From Pyrodictium abyssi (GTDB taxonomy: Archaea > Thermoproteota > Thermoprotei_A > Sulfolobales > Pyrodictiaceae), in the NCBI RefSeq assembly GCF_036323395.1, contig NZ_AP028907.1, positions 270,001 through 302,000 on the forward strand: a stretch of 32,000 nt of DNA, read 5' to 3'. The first letter of the stretch is position 1. Each line of letters opens with the position of its first letter. A program made the position numbers and the translations under genes. Shown in pieces: positions 29,721 to 32,000 of the stretch. The notes under the pieces are model-generated. The model made no database searches. It was not told the DNA's origin and saw only the letters and a program-made list of their open reading frames with translations.

Positions 29721-30974
29721 ATGAAGGTTTATATCGTTGACCACTTTACCGGCAGCTACGCGCTCAGCGAGGACAAGAATCTAGTAGCCTACGAGCATGC
29801 ACCTAAGAGCCTTGACGATATGGTAGAGGAGGCGCTGAAGATAGAGCGCGGTGAGCCCACAGCAGCCTACCTAAGGCTCCTCGATAAGCTAAAGGAGATG
29901 GGCGTAGGAACGGTGGTTGTAGAGACCAGTGAGATGGCTAGAATAGCCTCTGGCAAGGGCTTCGAGGTAGAGGTTGAGCCCGCCAACGAGATAGCACGCT
30001 ACTTTAGAGGCCATGTCGTGGAGATAGCCACTAGTACCGAGTTCGTGAAGGATAAGGAGGAGTTCTACAAGCTTCTACACGAGTTCACAATAGAGACAAC
30101 TAGGAGGAAGCTACGCCGTGCAGCACAGAAGCGTGACCTGCTGGCAGCCCAGGCGATAAGAGCTATAGACGACATAGACAAGACGACCAACCTATTCGCC
30201 GCCAGGCTCCGCGAGTGGTACAGCCTACACTTCCCGGAGCTAGACGACCTCGTACGCGAGCACGAGGACTACGTCAAGATAGTAGCTGAGCTCGGCCACC
30301 GCGACAACATAATAGTTGAGAACCTCGTCAAGCTGGGCTTCAGTGAGGAGAAGGCGAAGAAGATAGCAGAGGCGGCGGCAAAGAGTATGGGTGCGGACTA
30401 CCCGGAGTTCGACATAGAGCCCATGCAGAGACTCGCTAGGATAACCCTAGAGCTATACAAGCTACGCAGAGACCTCTCAGAGTACATAGCCCAGGTGATG
30501 AAGGAGGTAGCGCCAAACATAACAGCGCTCGTTGGTCCACTGCTGGGTGCACGCCTCATAAGCCTGGCTGGCGGTCTAGAGGAGCTAGCCTACTTGCCAG
30601 CAAGCACTATACAGGTACTAGGCGCCGAGAAGGCCCTCTTCCGTGCTCTAAGGACTGGAGGCAAGCCGCCAAAGCACGGTGTAATATTCCAGTACCCGGA
30701 CATACACCGCAGCCCGCGCTGGCAGCGTGGTAAGATAGCTAGGGCACTAGCCGCTAAACTCGCTATAGCTGCTAAGGTAGACTACTTCACAGGCAGATTC
30801 ATCGGTGACAAGCTAAAGGAGGCGCTACGGAAGAGGATAGAGGAGATAAAGAGGATATACAAGAAGCCGCCAAAGAGGAAGGAAATCAAGCCGGCAAAGC
30901 CTGCAAAGCCAGCCCGCCCGGCCCGTGGTAGGAAGGGCAAGAAGGGTAGGAAGGGCAAGGGTAAGAGAAGGTAG
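29721..30974 (+). CDS. nop5: Nop5/Nop56/58-like C/D box sRNP core protein
   Basis: Nop domain: REWYSLHFPELDDLV...PNITALVGPLLGARLISLAGGLEELAYLPASTIQVLGAEKALFRALRTGGKPPKHGVIFQYPDIHRSPRWQRGKIARALAAKLAIAAKVDYFTG; Lys-rich tail. Confidence 0.97.
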   Translation: MKVYIVDHFTGSYALSEDKNLVAYEHAPKSLDDMVEEALKIERGEPTAAYLRLLDKLKEMGVGTVVVETSEMARIASGKGFEVEVEPANEIARYFRGHVVEIATSTEFVKDKEEFYKLLHEFTIETTRRKLRRAAQKRDLLAAQAIRAIDDIDKTTNLFAARLREWYSLHFPELDDLVREHEDYVKIVAELGHRDNIIVENLVKLGFSEEKAKKIAEAAAKSMGADYPEFDIEPMQRLARITLELYKLRRDLSEYIAQVMKEVAPNITALVGPLLGARLISLAGGLEELAYLPASTIQVLGAEKALFRALRTGGKPPKHGVIFQYPDIHRSPRWQRGKIARALAAKLAIAAKVDYFTGRFIGDKLKEALRKRIEEIKRIYKKPPKRKEIKPAKPAKPARPARGRKGKKGRKGKGKRR

Positions 30975-31052
30975 GATTCTCCGAGTTTTGATATATTAAT
31001 CCTTCATTCATTGTGGGGTAGTTGTTAAGTATACGTGATTGGGTGAACGGAT

Positions 31053-31760
31053 ATGGTAGAGGTAGTAAATGTTTACGAGCATGAGCGCTACAAGGGCGTC
31101 TATGTAGTCGAACTCGAGGACGGCTCTACGAGGCTGGCAACAGTAAACCTAGCGCCGGGGAAGAGGGTTTACGGCGAGAGACTCTTCAAGTGGGAGGACA
31201 AGGAGCTCCGTGAGTGGAATCCGTACCGTAGCAAGCTTGCTGCAGCGCTGCTCAAGGGTATAGAGGAGCTGCCAATCAAGCCGGGGCACCGCATACTATA
31301 CCTCGGTGCGGCTACGGGTACGACACCCAGCCATGTATCCGACATAATAGGTCTGGAGGGCAAGATCTACGCACTCGACGTAGCGCCGCGTGTGATGAGG
31401 GAGCTGATTGCCGTCTGTGAGACAAGGCCTAACATGCTCCCGCTACTGGCGGATGCTAAGAAGCCTTACGAGTATCGCCACATAGTAGAACTCGTTGACG
31501 GCATTTACGCTGACGTAGCGCAGCCGGAACAAGCAGAGATAGTGGCCGATAACGCGGACTTCTTCCTAAAAGAGGGCGGCTACCTCCTGCTAGCAATAAA
31601 GGCTAGGAGCATTGACGTAACAAAGGAGCCAAGCGAAGTATTCCGCAACCAGATAGAGGTGCTAAAGAACCGTGGCTTCGAGATAGTAGACATGGTCCAT
31701 CTAGAGCCCTTCGACAAGGACCACGCTATGGTATATGCCCGCTACAAGCCTCAGAAGTAG
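31053..31760 (+). CDS. flpA: fibrillarin-like rRNA/tRNA 2'-O-methyltransferase
   Basis: EWNPYRSKLAAALLKGIEELPIKPGHRILYLGAATGTTPSHVSDIIGLEGKIYALDVAPRVMREL...VDGIYADVAQPEQAEI. Confidence 0.97.
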   Translation: MVEVVNVYEHERYKGVYVVELEDGSTRLATVNLAPGKRVYGERLFKWEDKELREWNPYRSKLAAALLKGIEELPIKPGHRILYLGAATGTTPSHVSDIIGLEGKIYALDVAPRVMRELIAVCETRPNMLPLLADAKKPYEYRHIVELVDGIYADVAQPEQAEIVADNADFFLKEGGYLLLAIKARSIDVTKEPSEVFRNQIEVLKNRGFEIVDMVHLEPFDKDHAMVYARYKPQK

Positions 31761-32000
31761 AGAACTACGCTTCTAACCATATTTTAGCTTCAAGCGTTAC
31801 TGTTTGGGTCAACCCTCCTGTAGAGGATTCCTCCCACCGGTGCAGGAGCATAACGCTAAATAGCAATGTCTAGAAGTGCTAACACAGCGTATACTATATT
31901 TCTGGTGTAGTAGACCGTAGCTTGGGTAGACAGGATCACTTGTTGTACACGTGGTGTACGTGATAAGGGATAGACTATGGCCTACGCTGGAGAAAGACTA

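Overview
The window reads as a chromosomal segment of a hyperthermophilic crenarchaeon. A Desulfurococcales/Pyrodictiaceae-like origin is my inference, not tested. It has three parts. (1) A minus-strand rRNA operon (promoter ~6.03 kb, 16S, ITS without tRNA, 23S), with both rRNAs bracketed by exact inverted repeats that look like processing stems. (2) An RNA-gene zone at 8.1-9.4 kb: tRNA-Ala(CGC), tRNA-His(GTG) and a complete RNase P RNA whose ends form a perfect 17-bp P1 helix; tRNA-Leu(TAG) lies at 14.5 kb. (3) Mostly housekeeping information-processing and lipid genes: Elf1-like, GGGP synthase, MazG-like, Sec61-beta, TiaS, Lrp-RAM, Tsr3, HTH, COG2112-type kinase, CCA-transferase, HD protein, geranylgeranyl reductase, GGPP synthase, PCNA, RimK-like ligase, SIS protein, MTAP, methyltransferase, SWIM protein, UbiA/DGGGP synthase, TYW3-like, Nop5 and fibrillarin. 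No CRISPR array, transposase or obvious phage or defence island was seen. The main candidates for novelty are a divergent, degenerate CARF/Csx1-like protein (6.7-7.8 kb), a Cys-rich uncharacterised protein coupled to the TYW3 gene, a split small ORF with a nearby palindrome at 18.46-18.76 kb, and an unexplained promoter-like/structured interval just upstream of rnpB.
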